Shown here: positions 37,510 through 51,375 of the stretch, one piece after another
Position numbering within the stretch: the stretch's first letter is position 1
How the letters are laid out: each line of letters starts with the position of its first letter
Source: Mobula hypostoma
Lineage: Eukaryota
Direction: 5' to 3'
Length of the DNA stretch: 64,000 bases
Assembly (NCBI RefSeq): GCF_963921235.1
Contig: NC_086109.1
Location: 35,094,001-35,158,000, forward strand
Translations under genes and position numbers: made by a program
Notes under the pieces: model-generated
Told to the model about the DNA's origin: nothing
Seen by the model: only the letters and a program-made list of their open reading frames with translations
Database searches by the model: none

Positions 37510-39000
37510 GCTTAGAGTCATAGAAAGCCACAACACAGAAACAGATCCTTTGGCCCATTAAGTCCATGCCGAACCATTAATCTGTCTGCTCCCCCTGGCA
37601 GTTCAGTTCACACTCTCACTGCTCCCTGTGTGAAGAAGTTTCCCCTCATTTTCCCCTTAAACGTTTTACCTATTACCCTCATCACATTACCTCTTTTCGC
37701 AGTCTCACTCAACCTTAGTGGAAAAAGCCTGCTTGCATTTATCCTGTCTATACCTCTCATAATTTTGTATACCTTTGTCAAATCTCCCCTCAATCTTCTA
37801 TGTTCCAGGGAATAAACTCCTAACCTATTCAGCCTTTTCCTGTAACTCAGCTCATCAAGTCCCAGCTGCATCCTTGTAATTTTTCTCTGCACACTTTCAA
37901 TTTTATTTACATCTTTCCTGTACGTTGGTGACCAAAATTGGACACAATACTCCAAATTAGGCCTCACCACCTTCTCATACAATTTCAACATAACATCCCA
38001 ACTCCTGTACTCAATACATTGATTTATGAAGGCCAATATGTCAAAAGCTTTCTTTATGACCCTATTCACCTGTGATGTCACTTTCAAGGAATTATGGGCC
38101 TGTATTCCAGATCCCTCTGTTCAACTGCACTCGTCCATGCCATACCATCCACAATGTAAGACCTACCCTGGCAGTTCCTCATAAAATGCAGCTCCTCACA
38201 CTGTTCTGCTTTAACTTTTATCAGCCATCTTTCCAGCTGATCCAGATCCCAGTTCAAGCTTTGGCAGTCTTCTTCGCTGCCCACTACACCCTAATCCAAA
38301 ATTTGCTGAACACATTTACCACTTTATCATCCAGATCATTGATGTAGATGACAAACAACAATGGACCCAGCACTGATCTCGGTGGCACACCACTAGTCAT
38401 AGGCCTTCAGTCAGAGAGGCAACCATCTACTACCAATCTCTGGCTTCTCCCACCAAATCCAATGTCTAATCTAATTTCCTACCTAATCTTGAACGCCAGG
38501 CGACTGAGCACTCGACCAACCTCCCATATGGGACCTTGTCAAATGTCTTGCTAAGGTCTATGTAGTCAACATCCACTTCTTTGATTTCATCTATTTTCCT
38601 AGTAACTTCCTCAAAAAACTCTATAAAATTGCTTAGACATTACGTAGCATGCACAAAGCCATGTTGACCGTACCTAATCAGTCCTTGTCTATCCAAATAC
38701 TTATATACCCGGTCCCTTAAAAAACATTCCAATAACTTTCCCATTCCTCATGTCAGGCTCATGAACCTATAATTCCCTGGCTTATTCTTAGAGCCTTTCT
38801 TAAAGAATGGAATGGCATTAGCTATCCCCCAAACCTCCGGCACCTCACCTGTGGCCAAGTATGTTTTAAATATCCCTGCTAAGGCCCCTACAATTTCCGC
38901 ACTGGCCTACCACAGCATCTGAGGGAACACCTTGTCAGGCCCTGGGGATTTATCTCCCCGCTAATTTGCCTGAAGGCAGTAAACACTACTTCCAGATAAC
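37510..39000 (-). mobile_element. Decayed CR1 LINE ORF2
   Basis: ORF 37608-38087 gives VRPNLEYCVQFWSP, RRLRGDL and NFFTQ. Confidence 0.85.
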
Positions 39001-40800
39001 TACATCTGCACCAATGCACCAAGCAACAGCTTCTCAGAGAACATGTTAAGAAACTGGAGTTGCAGCTCGATGGTATTCAGCTTATACAGGAGACTGAGGA
39101 AGTAATAGTTAGGAGCTATTAGGTTGCAGGAGGCAGGTAACTGGGTAGCTGTCTGGAGAGGGAAGAGAAGCAGGCAACAGGCAGTACAGAGTACTCCTCT
39201 GGTCATTCTCCTCAATAATAAGTATACTGTTTTGGTTACCGTTGAGGGAGACGACCTACGCTGGGGAGTCGCAGTGACCAGGTCTCTACCTCTGAGTCTG
39301 GCGTTATGGCTCAGAAGCAAAGAGAGGTGAGGAGGACTGCAGTAGTGAAAGGAGATTCCATAGTTAGAGGAATCGAGATGAGATTCTGTGACATGAAGGA
39401 GACACCCAGATGTTATGTTGTCTCTCAGGTGCTAAGATCAGGAATGTCTTGGATCAGGTTCCCCTAAGAGAGAGGATAGCCAAAGGGTGGTGAATTTGTG
39501 GGATCTTTAGCCAAAGGGTGGTGAATTTGTGGAATATTTAGCCAAAGAGTGGTGAATTTGTGGAATTTGTTGCCACATGCAGCTGTGAATGCCAGGTTGT
39601 TGGGTATATTTAAGGCAGAGATTGATAGGTTCTTGATTTGACATGGCATGGAAGGATATGGGGAGAAAGGCCAGGAACTAGGGTTGAGGAGGAGATAGAA
39701 AAAAAGATCAGCCATGATTGAATGGCAGAGCAGACACGATGGACCAGATGACTTAATTCTGCTCCTATGTCTTACGGTCTAGGATGATCAGCCAGAAGTT
39801 GTGATACATATTGACACCAATGACATAGGTAGGAAAGGTGAGGAGGTCCTGAAGAGAGATGTTAGGGAACTAAGAAGAGAGCTGAAAAGCAGGACCATCA
39901 AGATTGTAATCTTGGGATTTCTGCTTGTGCCACACACCAGTGAATGCAAAAATAGGAGTAGTTGATGGATGAATGCCTGATTGAGGAACTGGTGCAGGGG
40001 ACAGAGATTCAGATTTCTGGATCATAAGGACCTCTTCTGGGGAAGGTACGACATTTACGAGAGGGATGGGTTATGCCTGAACCCGAAGGAGACCAGTATT
40101 CTTGTGGGCATGTTTGCTAGAGCTATCCAGAAGAGTTTAAACTAATTTGGTAGGGGGATGGGAACCGGAGTGATAGGGTTGAGGATGGGGCAGTTTGGTT
40201 TACAGACAGAGGCAGTGTGTAGTGAGACTGCTAGCAAGGACAGGCTGATGATAGGACAAAACTGCAGTCAACAGGATGAGCTGCAATGTAAAAGGATGAT
40301 GAATATAGGACTGAAGGTGTTATATTTGAATGCATGCAGTATACGGAATAAAGTAGTTGAACACAGTACAGGTTGGCATGTATGACGTTGTGGGCACCTC
40401 AGAATCATGGCTAAAGGAAGATTATAGCTAGGAACTTAACATTGAAGGATACACATTGTATCGAAAGGACAGGCAGGTAGGTAGAGTGAGTGAGGTGGCA
40501 CTGTTGGTAAAAAATTAAAATAAAATCCTTAGAAAGAGGTGACAAAGAATTGGAAGATGTAGAATACTTGTGGGCAGAGCTAAGAAACTGCAGGGGTAAA
40601 AAAAGCACCCTGATGGGAGCTATGTACATGCCTCCGAACTGTAGCAAAGATGTGGGCTACAAATTACAACAGGTGATAGAAAAGTCACATCAAAAGGGCA
40701 ATGTTACAGCAGTCATGTGGGATTTGGATCAGCCATGATGAAATGGCGGAGCAGACTTGATGGGCCAGATGGCCTAATTCTGCTCCTATATCTTATGGTC
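39000..40800 (+). mobile_element. Decayed CR1 ORF1 and start of ORF2, with a nested CR1 3' fragment at ~39465-39780
   Basis: ggagattccatagttagagg (GDSIVR), LKVLYLNACSIRNKV, and EYLWAELRN..MYMPPN. Confidence 0.75.
39477..39568 (+). repeat. 3 x 31-bp tandem repeat at the 5' end of a CR1 3' fragment
   Basis: tagccaaagggtggtgaatttgtgg... starting at 39477, 39508 and 39539. Confidence 0.9.
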
Positions 40801-42400
40801 TCTGTAATTTGTATAGGGTCCATGACCTTGCTGATGATTGCCTCACATCTGTTGATTCTGTGTCCATCTCCCAAGTAAACAGAGATGCAAAATGTCATTT
40901 TTAGATCTCCCCCATCTATTTCGGCTCCATGCATAGATTGCCAGTCTGATCTTCCAGAGGACCAATACGGTCCTTGCAATCTTTTTGTTCTTAATACATC
41001 TGTAGAAGCCCTTTGGATTCTCCTTCACCTTGTCTTCTGGAGCAATCTAATCTCTTCTCTTAGCCCACCTGATTTCCTTCTTAAGTATTCTCTTGATTTT
41101 TTATACTCAAGTACCTTATTTGTTCCTGCTGACCTATACCTACTATTCTTAATCAGGGCCTCAATATCACTTGAAAACCAAGGTTCCCTAAACCTGTTAT
41201 CTTTGCCTTATATTTTGACAGAAATATGTAAACTCTGTACTCTCCCTCTTACCAAGTACACCTTTGCCAGAAAACTATCTTTCTCAATTCAATCCTTTCT
41301 GAAATCAAAATTAGCTTTTCTCCAATTTAAAATCACAACCCAAGGACCAGACTTATTCCTTTGCATAATTACTTTGAAAGTAATGGCATTATGATCACTA
41401 GCTGCCAAGTGTTCCCTACATAAACGTTTGTCACCTTTCCTATCTTCCAAACAGGAGATCTAGTATCAGACTCTCTCTAGTTGGTTCATCTATGTACTGA
41501 TTAAGGAATCTTTCCTAAACACATTCTCATCCAGCTCTTTTACAGTTTGGGATTTGCAGTCAATATTTGGAAAGTTAAAATCACCTGCCATCAGAAACTC
41601 AAACATGAGGAAATCTGCAGATGCTTGAATTTCAAGCAACACACATATAAGTTGCTGGTGAATGCAGCAGGCCAGGAAGCATCTCTAGGAAGAGGTACAG
41701 TTGACAGTTCGGGCTGACGAAGGGCCCCGGCTCGAAACATCGACTGTACCTCTTCCTAGAGATGCTGCCTGGCCTGCTATGTTCACCAGCAACTTTTATG
41801 TATATTACCATCACAAACTTATGTTTCTTGCAACAGACTGTGGTCTCTCTATAAATTTGCTCCTCTAAATCCTGCAGATTGTTGGGTGGTCTATAATATA
41901 TTTCCATTGATGTGGTCATACCTTTCTTATACTTCAGTTCTACCCATAATGCCTCACAGGATGAGTCCCCCAGTCTGTCATGACTGAGCGCTATTGTGAC
42001 ATTTCCCTGTCCAGTAATGGCACCAATCCCCCTATAATTTCTCCCCCCATCTGTCGTGTCCAAAACAACAGAACCCTGGAATGTTGAGCTGCCAGTCCTG
42101 ACCCTCCTGCAACTAAATTTCACTAAGGGCTACAGCATCATAAGTCTACTTGCTGATCAATGCCCCAGGCTCATCAGCCTTTCCCTACGATTCTCCTTGT
42201 ATTAAAATATATGCAGCTAAGAATATTAGTCCCACCATGCTCAACTTTTCGAATCATAACATTGTATGTAAGCTTAATACCATCTTTCTCCAGAACCACT
42301 CCACTATCTGTTCTGGTGCTTTGGCTCCTATCCCCCTGCATCTCTAATTTAAACCCCTCCTACTCCCCCCCCCCCCAAAGCAGCACCAGTAAACATTTCC
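40800..42400 (-). mobile_element. Decayed CR1 endonuclease/linker region
   Basis: KENPKGFYRCIK and EALWVELK..IYYRPPN fragments. Confidence 0.75.
41600..41807. mobile_element. Fold-back PLE-terminus insertion with a central hammerhead core
   Basis: Inverted arms at 41643-41714 and 41730-41801. Core ctgacga (41714-41720)...gaaa-catc-gactg. Probable TSD ccatcagaaact (41588-41599) / ccatcacaaact (41808-41819). Confidence 0.8.
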
Positions 42401-45400
42401 GCTGAGGCATGACTTCAGGCTGTTTACCCTCCCACATTGCAATACCAGTACCAAGTATGAAGTGGACGTCAGGTGCTTTCTTATCTGACCTCCTGCTCCA
42501 CTGCTTGGTGAGAACAAAAATATCTTCTGCAGAGTGTCAGATGCATTTTGTATGCATTGCTTTTATTTGCATGGGGTTACTGACTTGATTGAGTTGGAAA
42601 GTAAGTGAACGCAAGTTTTTTTTCACCTTCATTTTATTTAATTTTTATGCTTTTATTTTTAATTTCTGGCAGATGGTGTTTATGTATACAGTTATTATTT
42701 TTCAGTTTTAAAAGTTATTTTGAATTATTTAACTGGTTTTAAATTTCTCTCATCAGAGACATGATAAGGTAGTTCAAAGGCCTTTGGTAGCAGAGAACTG
42801 CCAAAAGGCCACTGGGCTGATCAGGGTCAAAGCCTCTGCATCGGTCAACTGATAACAAGTCAACATTTAGGATTATTCCATCTTGTGAGATGATCATCAC
42901 AACCAGGACTTGAGGGCTGACCATTTTTATTAACAAAAGTAAATATTTATAAAACTTGCAAAATTTTGCATGTTTACTAATATTTATTCCAACATGACAG
43001 AGCAGACTCAATGGGCTGAATGCCCTACTTCTGCTCCTATAGATCTTGTCGTCTTAAGGCCTCAAATGTGACAGTGACAGCAAAGAAGCACGTACGAGTA
43101 GATGAGAAATGAAAGTTGACTGAAGATATACGGGAAAGAGCAATGAATTAATGTAGTGTAGCAGTCACCTGCTGGATGGAATTATGGATGGTGGATTGTA
43201 AAATATTTCCGATATCTTGTCTCCAGTCTCAACAGATCTTAATACCTGACATGCCAGGTACCAGCATTCTGTGTAATCTACTAGAAACATCCTCTGGAAA
43301 TCTGAATTTCCTCAGGTAATGGTGTTTAAAGCGCTAAAGATTAGAGACACAAGTCTGAAATTTCATAACCTTTTTTTCTTCTTCACTTAGATAATCATGA
43401 TTATTTTAATTCCTTATCCTTATTTTCCTCTTCCACACTTTGCCCATTTGGTACTGTTGCTGGCTGTCTTCCTTCTCCTCATTATCATTAAGGAAAGGAA
43501 AGTGCCGATGAATACTTATAGGGAACATAGTGGACCTATAAGACACAGTGCCTACTTCTTTAAATCCATCCCACACTAAATTCATTGTTCTCATTCCACA
43601 ATAGTAATAAGCATAAGTTAATGTTCCTAAACCAAAAGCAGCCATATGAGATGAAAGCTTTTCCTCACAGTAGGTTAAGTTTCCATCTTGTTGAAATAGT
43701 CATTTAATTTTGCTATAATCTAACAGTCTCACTAATGTGTGAACATTATGCTTGCTTTACCCCAATAAATCTTGTATCTCATGCAATGTTAAGGATATTT
43801 GTGATAATGTTACATCCTCATCCACTCTCAATAACATCATTATCTGCTCCATTTTTGTTAGCTCCTTGCGTTCCAATAGGAGAACAAAAGAGAATGTATA
43901 TAATTTGAAGACACATTGCACTTCTACTAATCGTGTGTCTATGAATTTTTAGAAAGGAAGTATAATAGCCAGGTCTTACTTTCAAATGAAGAAAATATAT
44001 TGTCCACAGCATTGGCTTGAGTGTATGTCTTAGTGATTTTGATGAAGGTCTCCACTAAGCCTCTTCTTTCCGTGCAGTTATTTACTGCAATTATTGTTGC
44101 TCTTTGGCCCATGTCTACCACTTTGTCGACTTCACTTGTAAGTGACCGTAGTTAAGTACTGAGCTTACTGGAAGCTACCGTCCAGTGATTTGATTTGCAG
44201 TCGGCAATAAGTTGCCTCTTGATGTTGACGGAGTAGCAATTAACCTTGGGATAGTGGTGTGTTGACTGGCCTCATTGTTCAGCTTCACCCTGCTTTCCAC
44301 TCAAAGTCAGAAGGGCAGAGCAAGTTCCTAAAGTTACTGAACAGTGTTCACATCGTAAAATAAATCGCAATGAACCATTATACATCCCAGGAAAGAGCAA
44401 CCTGGAGGACAGGCATCATTGATTAGGAAAAGAATGAGCAAGTACAAAGCAGTTCAAGTTTCCAAGTTTCACGTTTAATTGTCAATTAAGCATATACATG
44501 TATTTGGCTAAACAGAATATTGCTTAGTTGCTGTAATAGGCATAAATACACTGTAAAAAATTGATGGTTCTTCGTGCAGTTGCCTGTAAGTTGCAGATAA
44601 CTGTATGAAAACAGTATTTTTCCAATAGACACATTAAATGCACCACATAGTTAATAAAATATCAGCTAAGATCAAGAAAGAAGCATCTGCCTTTCATTAA
44701 AGTAAGGACTTGCCTAAATATTTGCTTTGACTTAATTCAATCTACCCACTGGGGTCTACATCAGAGCAAGTTGGTTTAGCAGTGAAGCTGGAGTTTAAAC
44801 TTTAGCCATATCTAGAAATGCATTCCATGTTTTATTACAAGGTAGCAAACAGCAATGGAAATAAGTAATTTTGGTATCCGAGGCTGATGTGTTTCAATTA
44901 TACTTGTGTGCTAATTTATGTATGTACTTACATGGTGCACACAGAGGATGTGTATTGCTCCCTTATCATTTATATAAAATTTGCCAATTGGTAATTGATA
45001 GCCTATGAATGGATAAGCCCTGGAATCTGCCGCATTGAAATTATGATAATCCAATGTCTCCTTTGAAGGTAATGTTCCTACTGTTTGTCCCAAGCAGAAA
45101 TATCTTTTGCATTCACACTTGTTAACATAATTTCAAAACTATTACACTCATAAAGAAAATCACCAGGAGGAAACAAAAGCTAAGTGGTAACTGAGGTTTA
45201 AACCAAAGGATGCAGTAGTGTTTGTGGCATAAGAGGTAGTCAAGAAAGCTATTTAAATCAGCTGGTACCAAAGTATAACTGTGGCAATAGGCTCCATTTG
45301 TTCCTGTCAGGGAAATTGGGGAGGCAATGAGAGTGTGCTGTTGACAGTTCCAACCTAATTGTGACTGTGGTCTACATGAGGCTGACCCAGGAAACTGTTT

Positions 45401-46577
45401 GTATTAGGTCAACTCAAAGCAGTTATATAAACTAAGAACCTATTGCATCAGTAAAACTTTGATGTAATTATCCATTTGACAAATGTAGAAGTATGCTGCA
45501 CTGCCGGAGACACCCAAAAGTAGTGATCAGAACCAGTATTTGGAAATGTTATTTAAAAGGTATGCTAACCTAGGAGTGTTGATACATTTATAATTCATTT
45601 GGTTAATTTCTGATTTTAATTTATCCTTAGAAAGAGCTGACCTTCTACTACTTTCTGCACCAAAACTTATTGGGGAGGCAGAAATGTGAAACACTTTTTC
45701 AGCAGATTTAAATGTCTTTTAAAAAGTTATTTATCCTATTTATGCACAAGATTTGTAGCGGTTTGCTCACCAGAGAAATGAAGGGACATGGGGAAAAGGT
45801 AGCATTGGGTCACCCATTGCCTGATTACATGCTGGAAGAGATTCAATGGGTTAATTAGTCTACAGCTGTTCACATGTTCTTAAGGTCAAGGGATATTTGT
45901 GGTGCAACCTGCTGCATTTTGTTGTCTGACATGAAAGGTGAAGATTGAGTAGTGAGAAAATGTTCAGACTGCAATTGGTTAAAATCTCAACAGGGAAGAA
46001 AAGCAAGTGGTGTTTAAAATATGGAAGTGGGAACTTTGATAACTTTTGTCATTAATAGGAGGAAAATATTTAGATTTATTTGTGGTTATTATGATTGAGG
46101 ATGTGAGAATATTCTGAAACAAACTTACATGCTCAATTTAAATAAATAATGAGCTGTGTTCAAATCACCAGCTTCTTTTTAGTAGTATAGTTTACTGCTT
46201 TTTGTTAATGGACTGATTAAGTGTCTCTGCTCAAAACACCCATTGTTCATTTCTTTGCATTGATGTTGCCAGACCTGTTGAGTTCCTCCAGCATTCTGTA
46301 TGTGTTACCCGAGATACACAGATGCTGGAAATCTTATGCATCTCTGTAGTGCAGAGTTAACCTTTTCTACCAGCAAGTTATCATGCATTTCACTTATGGC
46401 ATTCAATAATACCTGCATATCTTATGCAAGAATAAATTTCTTTCCTGTTTTGGTGTCAGTATTGAGGACATTTTCTTCAAGGCATTCAAAATTTGATGTA
46501 CAAGAGATAGTTAGTTTCATGTAAAATCATGTTCACTCATTTTAGGAACTTAGAATGCGGGATGACAAGAGCCTTAC

Positions 46578-46857
46578 TGTCATGTACCCTGTGACGGGGA
46601 TCAAGAAGCCAGCAGAGATAGAAAACACTTTGGAGTCTCGTATTGCTAACAACTAATAATATTTATTAGTAACTATGCAATACAGTAATATAAATGTAGA
46701 TAAATCAAACAGGTTAGCAATGATTATATATATAAGTAAGTGTGGAATATATATGCATGAAAACCAAGCTTCTTTAAGTCTAGGGGTAAAAAGATACAGT
46801 CTTACGATGTTGAGTAAAGTTCAGTTCAGTTCAGTTTATGGTATTTAGTTGAGTAGT

Positions 46858-46907
<50 letters not shown>

Positions 46908-47514
46908 GTCGAGTCTTCAGGTGAGCTGATGCCGTCGATCTTCTCGTCATCCTCCGAAATCCTTTACAAGTCACCGACTGTGACTTTAACCAGGGGGACC
47001 GGTCTTCTGTGGTGGAGCTATCACCCAGGCGAGGGTGGACACATAGACAACTCCCCACCAGTCAACCCCTTCTTCACCGATGGAATAGCAATTTGGATCA
47101 ATCCGCCTGTTCGATCCTCCAAAACCCACTTTCTCTGCGGGCACAACAATGATCATTCAGTGTCCAGATCATGTGTCTGAGGTCTGTATCATCTGACCTC
47201 TCATTTATTTCACCAGGCTGAGCATCACCTGTCATTCTAAGAGTCCCTCCCTCCTTTGTCTGTAAAGGAGTGCACAAGCAGGCAATAAGTCCTTGAAGAA
47301 ATATCAACAATCTGCCTTTGGTCACCATAGCAACCTTCGAGCTGCTCGGTGCTGTCTCCAACTCCAAACTCAGTAAAAATCCAAAGTTACTTCCAATGTC
47401 TTAAAGTGACAGTCCAACTGTTAATCTTCGTCTCTCTCTCCTTTCCAAACAAACCATCAATGATGAATGTCTCTCTCCAAACAGTTAATAGGAGTACTCC
47501 AGGATCTCCTCACA
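46578..47514. mobile_element. Probable solo LTR containing (GA)n
   Basis: Termini tgt...aca, a perfect 5-bp TSD cttac (46573-46577, 47515-47519), and more CpG than the flanks. Confidence 0.7.
46862..46903. repeat. (GA)n microsatellite
   Basis: Directly visible. Confidence 0.95.
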
Positions 47515-49447
47515 CTTACAAACAGGGTTCCCCAGCTCTTTCTGGTATCGGTCAGATGCTGAAATATATGGTTTTCAATCTTTTTTTTATTATATATGAC
47601 AGTGAGATAAGCTTAGAGTAATGTGGTAGCATTGTCACTAAAGTCATATTTTTTAATTTAGAAAACATCACCTGTTACCATCCCTGTCTCAGCTCATCTG
47701 TTCCTGAAGCCAAGTTTTTGTCCTTAAACATTATCATGTTCCGCCAGCTTGCAGTTAACCTGAAATCATCCAAAAATCTGCTGTGGTTATCCACTTATCC
47801 ATCACTCCCATGCTTGTTCATTTTCACCGGTTACCTGTTAAGTAATGACTTTATCTAAAGATTCTTTTTGTTGCTTCCGAACCATTCTCCCCCACCTTCT
47901 CTCCGAAATCCTCTCCAGCCATTAGTGCCTTCAAGGTAGTTCCATGCATTTCTTCTGGCCTTTGAATCATTGTTGAAATTAATCATTCCACCATTTGTAG
48001 CCATGCCTGAAATTCCTTCCCTGAAACTATTTCCCATTTTAATCTTCCCCTCTTTATTTAAGATACTCTTAACATCTATTGCTTCATTCAAGGTTCTGTT
48101 TATCCCTCCCTGAATTACCTTATGCAGCTTCCTGTCATCTTCTGTTTGATTAAACCCCTGCGAAGTACCTAGGGATATTTTACTGTTTCAAAAGCACTAC
48201 ACAAATACAAGTCATCATTGTTGAATTATGCTTGACAACATAAGCAATTGAAGCTGGCCATTGTCCTGTCCCCTGTACCTGTTACATTATCCAGGAAAGT
48301 CATTGCTAATCTTTGGCCTCAGTGGTGCTTTGGTCAGTAAACACATGGACCTGAATTCACGTAGAATATAAACTTACAGAAGAGAAGCAAGATATTTTAT
48401 CCACGTATTACATGCAAATGCTATGTTGCACATAGTCCTCATTCAACCTATTTGACTCTAAGGATTTCTTTCTTTTGATCTATCGATCTTGCTCTTAAAT
48501 GCATAAATAAACACACTCCAGATTATAATATTCCTTGGATGAAGAACGTCCCCTGCAATTCCTTCGTCATTTTTTACGAAACTACCTTTCATGTCTCCAT
48601 AACTTTCCAATAAATGAAATCATCTTTTCACCTGTGTGATCAAGTCCCTTCATAGTGTAAACAACTTTTAACCTTTCAGCCTTCTCTTTTCCTAAGAGCC
48701 ACAATCTGTTGAGTCTTTCGTTCTGTATTTTTGCCAATTGCATGGAAATGTCTGTACTATATACATATATTTGTTCTGCTTCATAATCTAAGAAAAGGAA
48801 GATCATATGATCCCTCTAGAGCTTAATCTACCTTTCAAAATAATTACCATCAATCCTATGTCTCAGCATTACTTTGTCAACGAATCCCCAAGTTTTCTCA
48901 TTCCTTTCATGTCTGAAGTTCTATTAATGTCTACCTTGAACTGACTAAGGAGCTAAGGACTACAAACCCCTTGAAATTTCTCAGGATTTACAATATTCCA
49001 CAAAACCTTCTCCTTGTCTCTATTAATATTACCAAGCTTTTATCCTGAAGTTAGGCCCTGGTTTTATGTTTGACACAAAACAACTACCTTTAGATAAATC
49101 CTCTAATTTTCAATAAATATAAATCAATTTTGCTTAATCTCTCTTCAAAATCCTCCTTATCCCAGGGATCAAGTTATTGAATTTACACTGCAGCGATCTG
49201 AAGTCAGGATATACCTTTCTTAAGGAATGCAGATTGAACTCTGAATGGGATTTCACATGAGCCCTATACAACCTCAGCAAGGCTGTCTTTTTGACTCTGT
49301 CCTTTTTTACAGTAAAGTTCCACAATCAAGTTGTCATCCTAATTGCTAACCAGGTGCTAAATCCAACAATTATAGAATCATATGGTTTTATTGCTCTCAT
49401 AGGGCACTAAAAGGTATTATGTACTGCTAAGTGGGTGAATATGAATA

Positions 49448-49450
<3 letters not shown>

Positions 49451-49507
<57 letters not shown>

Positions 49508-49555
49508 CACACATACACACACATGCACACACATAACTACATTATATATATATAC
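49451..49555. repeat. Compound (TA)n/(CA)n microsatellite
   Basis: Directly visible. Confidence 0.95.
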
Positions 49556-51375
49556 TGTGTATTGTAATTTAGTTTTCATTATGTAGTGCACTGTACTGCT
49601 GCCATAAAACAATAAATTTCACAATATATGCCAGTGATATTGAACATGATCCCAATTCTGATTCTGACTGTGCTGCCCTGATGCAATAGGCATAATTGGT
49701 GCTGATAACTATAGAGTAATGAAAATGATTCCCTGTGGACTCTTCAAAAAAAAAATCCAGTTAAACTGGTGCCATACACTTTTTGAAGTTTTATTTTTCC
49801 TAGCCCTTGAGCTTTAGAACAACTTGCCAAGAGAAGTCCTGAGGTAATGATGACAGTGGGGCAGATGTTCCAATATCCTCAGGGTCGATTCATCAATATA
49901 GACTGGGGAAGTGACCTGTCAGGGTCCACAGGCAGAGCAAGACTTTGTTTCCACTCTGTTGACATCAGACAGCACTACTTAGGAGGGTCTGTCATGGCTC
50001 CCTGGGAGGGGTCCAAAAAATTCTAGCATAGACCGCATGCATCGTGTGAATTAGCTGCTGGTATCAGGAGCAGATAGCAGGAGAAAAACTAGTGATAATC
50101 TAGGAGTGAGCCTGAGAGTGAGTGTTGATCAGGGAGCGAATAATGCTCTTGGACAACTGACAGCTGCAGAGTGGTGGAGGCTGGTGGAGAGAAAAGGGGC
50201 AAAAGGAAACAAAGAGGTTAAGAGCCGTGAAGACAAGTTGAGGATGATGCTGCCGGGAGGCGGCGGTGGGGGGGGGGGGGGAAGAAGGGGTAGAGGAGAG
50301 GTGGTTAAGCTGCATGGACTGAAAGAAGGAGTGGAGTAGGGAGGGTGGGAAAGGGGCAGAAGGAAGGAGACTGAAGTGTGCAGAATGAAGAACGAAAGGA
50401 AGTTGGGCTGCTGCAGCAAGGGAGAATGATTAGTCAAGGTTTGGAGAAAATTGTTTATTTGTTCCATGTGTCTGTACAGGAAGCATATGTGTGTGTGCTC
50501 AGAGAGAGAGAGAGGGAGACAGAGTATGTGCATGTGCATCCGTGCTTTGTATATTCAGAAAACCTTCTGTAATCATCTCAAATGTCAGCTCTCCATTGTA
50601 CCAAGACGTTGTCCTTTCTGTCCTGTGTCATTACTGGTGTGGAATCAAGTCATCCTAAATCCTAAGGAACTGCTTAAGAAAATGAAAGCGATTTCAAGAC
50701 TCCTTTCTGTGCACTTTTTAGGGCAAACTGGACAACTGTGCACTCATTTCTCCAGCAGTGCAACCTGTCCAGTTGCCGCGATTTCTGTCTGGAAATATGA
50801 CTGAATGCTCAGCATTTTTTCAGTATCTCTGCTTAAATTTCTGATAGTTCAAGGAGCTATTAAAAAACTGAATGGGGTCACTTTACAATCAATCCTAATC
50901 AATCCTCAAATGTTTTTGACAGACGTGAACTTCCTAGCAGCAATTGCCAAATTGGAACCAAGTGTGGGAACGTGATTTTAGTGACTTTAGTGATTTTAGT
51001 CTGGTTGTACCAAGAGAGACATTAAATATTATTTGTATATGCATTAACACTTTGAAAAACTTCTTGCCTAATCACAGTACCAAAAATTACGACTGTAGAG
51101 TCTGATGACACCTTCACTTATTATTTTATATATTACAGAGCTCTTGAAGCACTACAATGAATTTTCAATCTCATAAGATCCCTTAGAATTAGGTTTAAGA
51201 TTTACACTAATATTTAATGGCTGCAGCAATTTGACCCCAAGGTACAAGTCCCACTTACTGAGCCAGTTTTACGTATATAATTTGCCATTGCCAAATACAA
51301 AACTCCCTTTAAAATGGGATAACTAAAATCAGCATTAAACCCAAGGACTTAAGGTTTTTCTGAGTTGAGAACATA

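Noticed and set aside
44170..44310. Short minus-strand open frame VESRVKLNNE...NQITGR
   Set aside because: An in-frame stop lies immediately upstream, and there is no usable splice acceptor or recognisable homology.
50106..50539. Gly-rich and Pro-rich ORFs
   Set aside because: Explained by the poly-G tract and low complexity.
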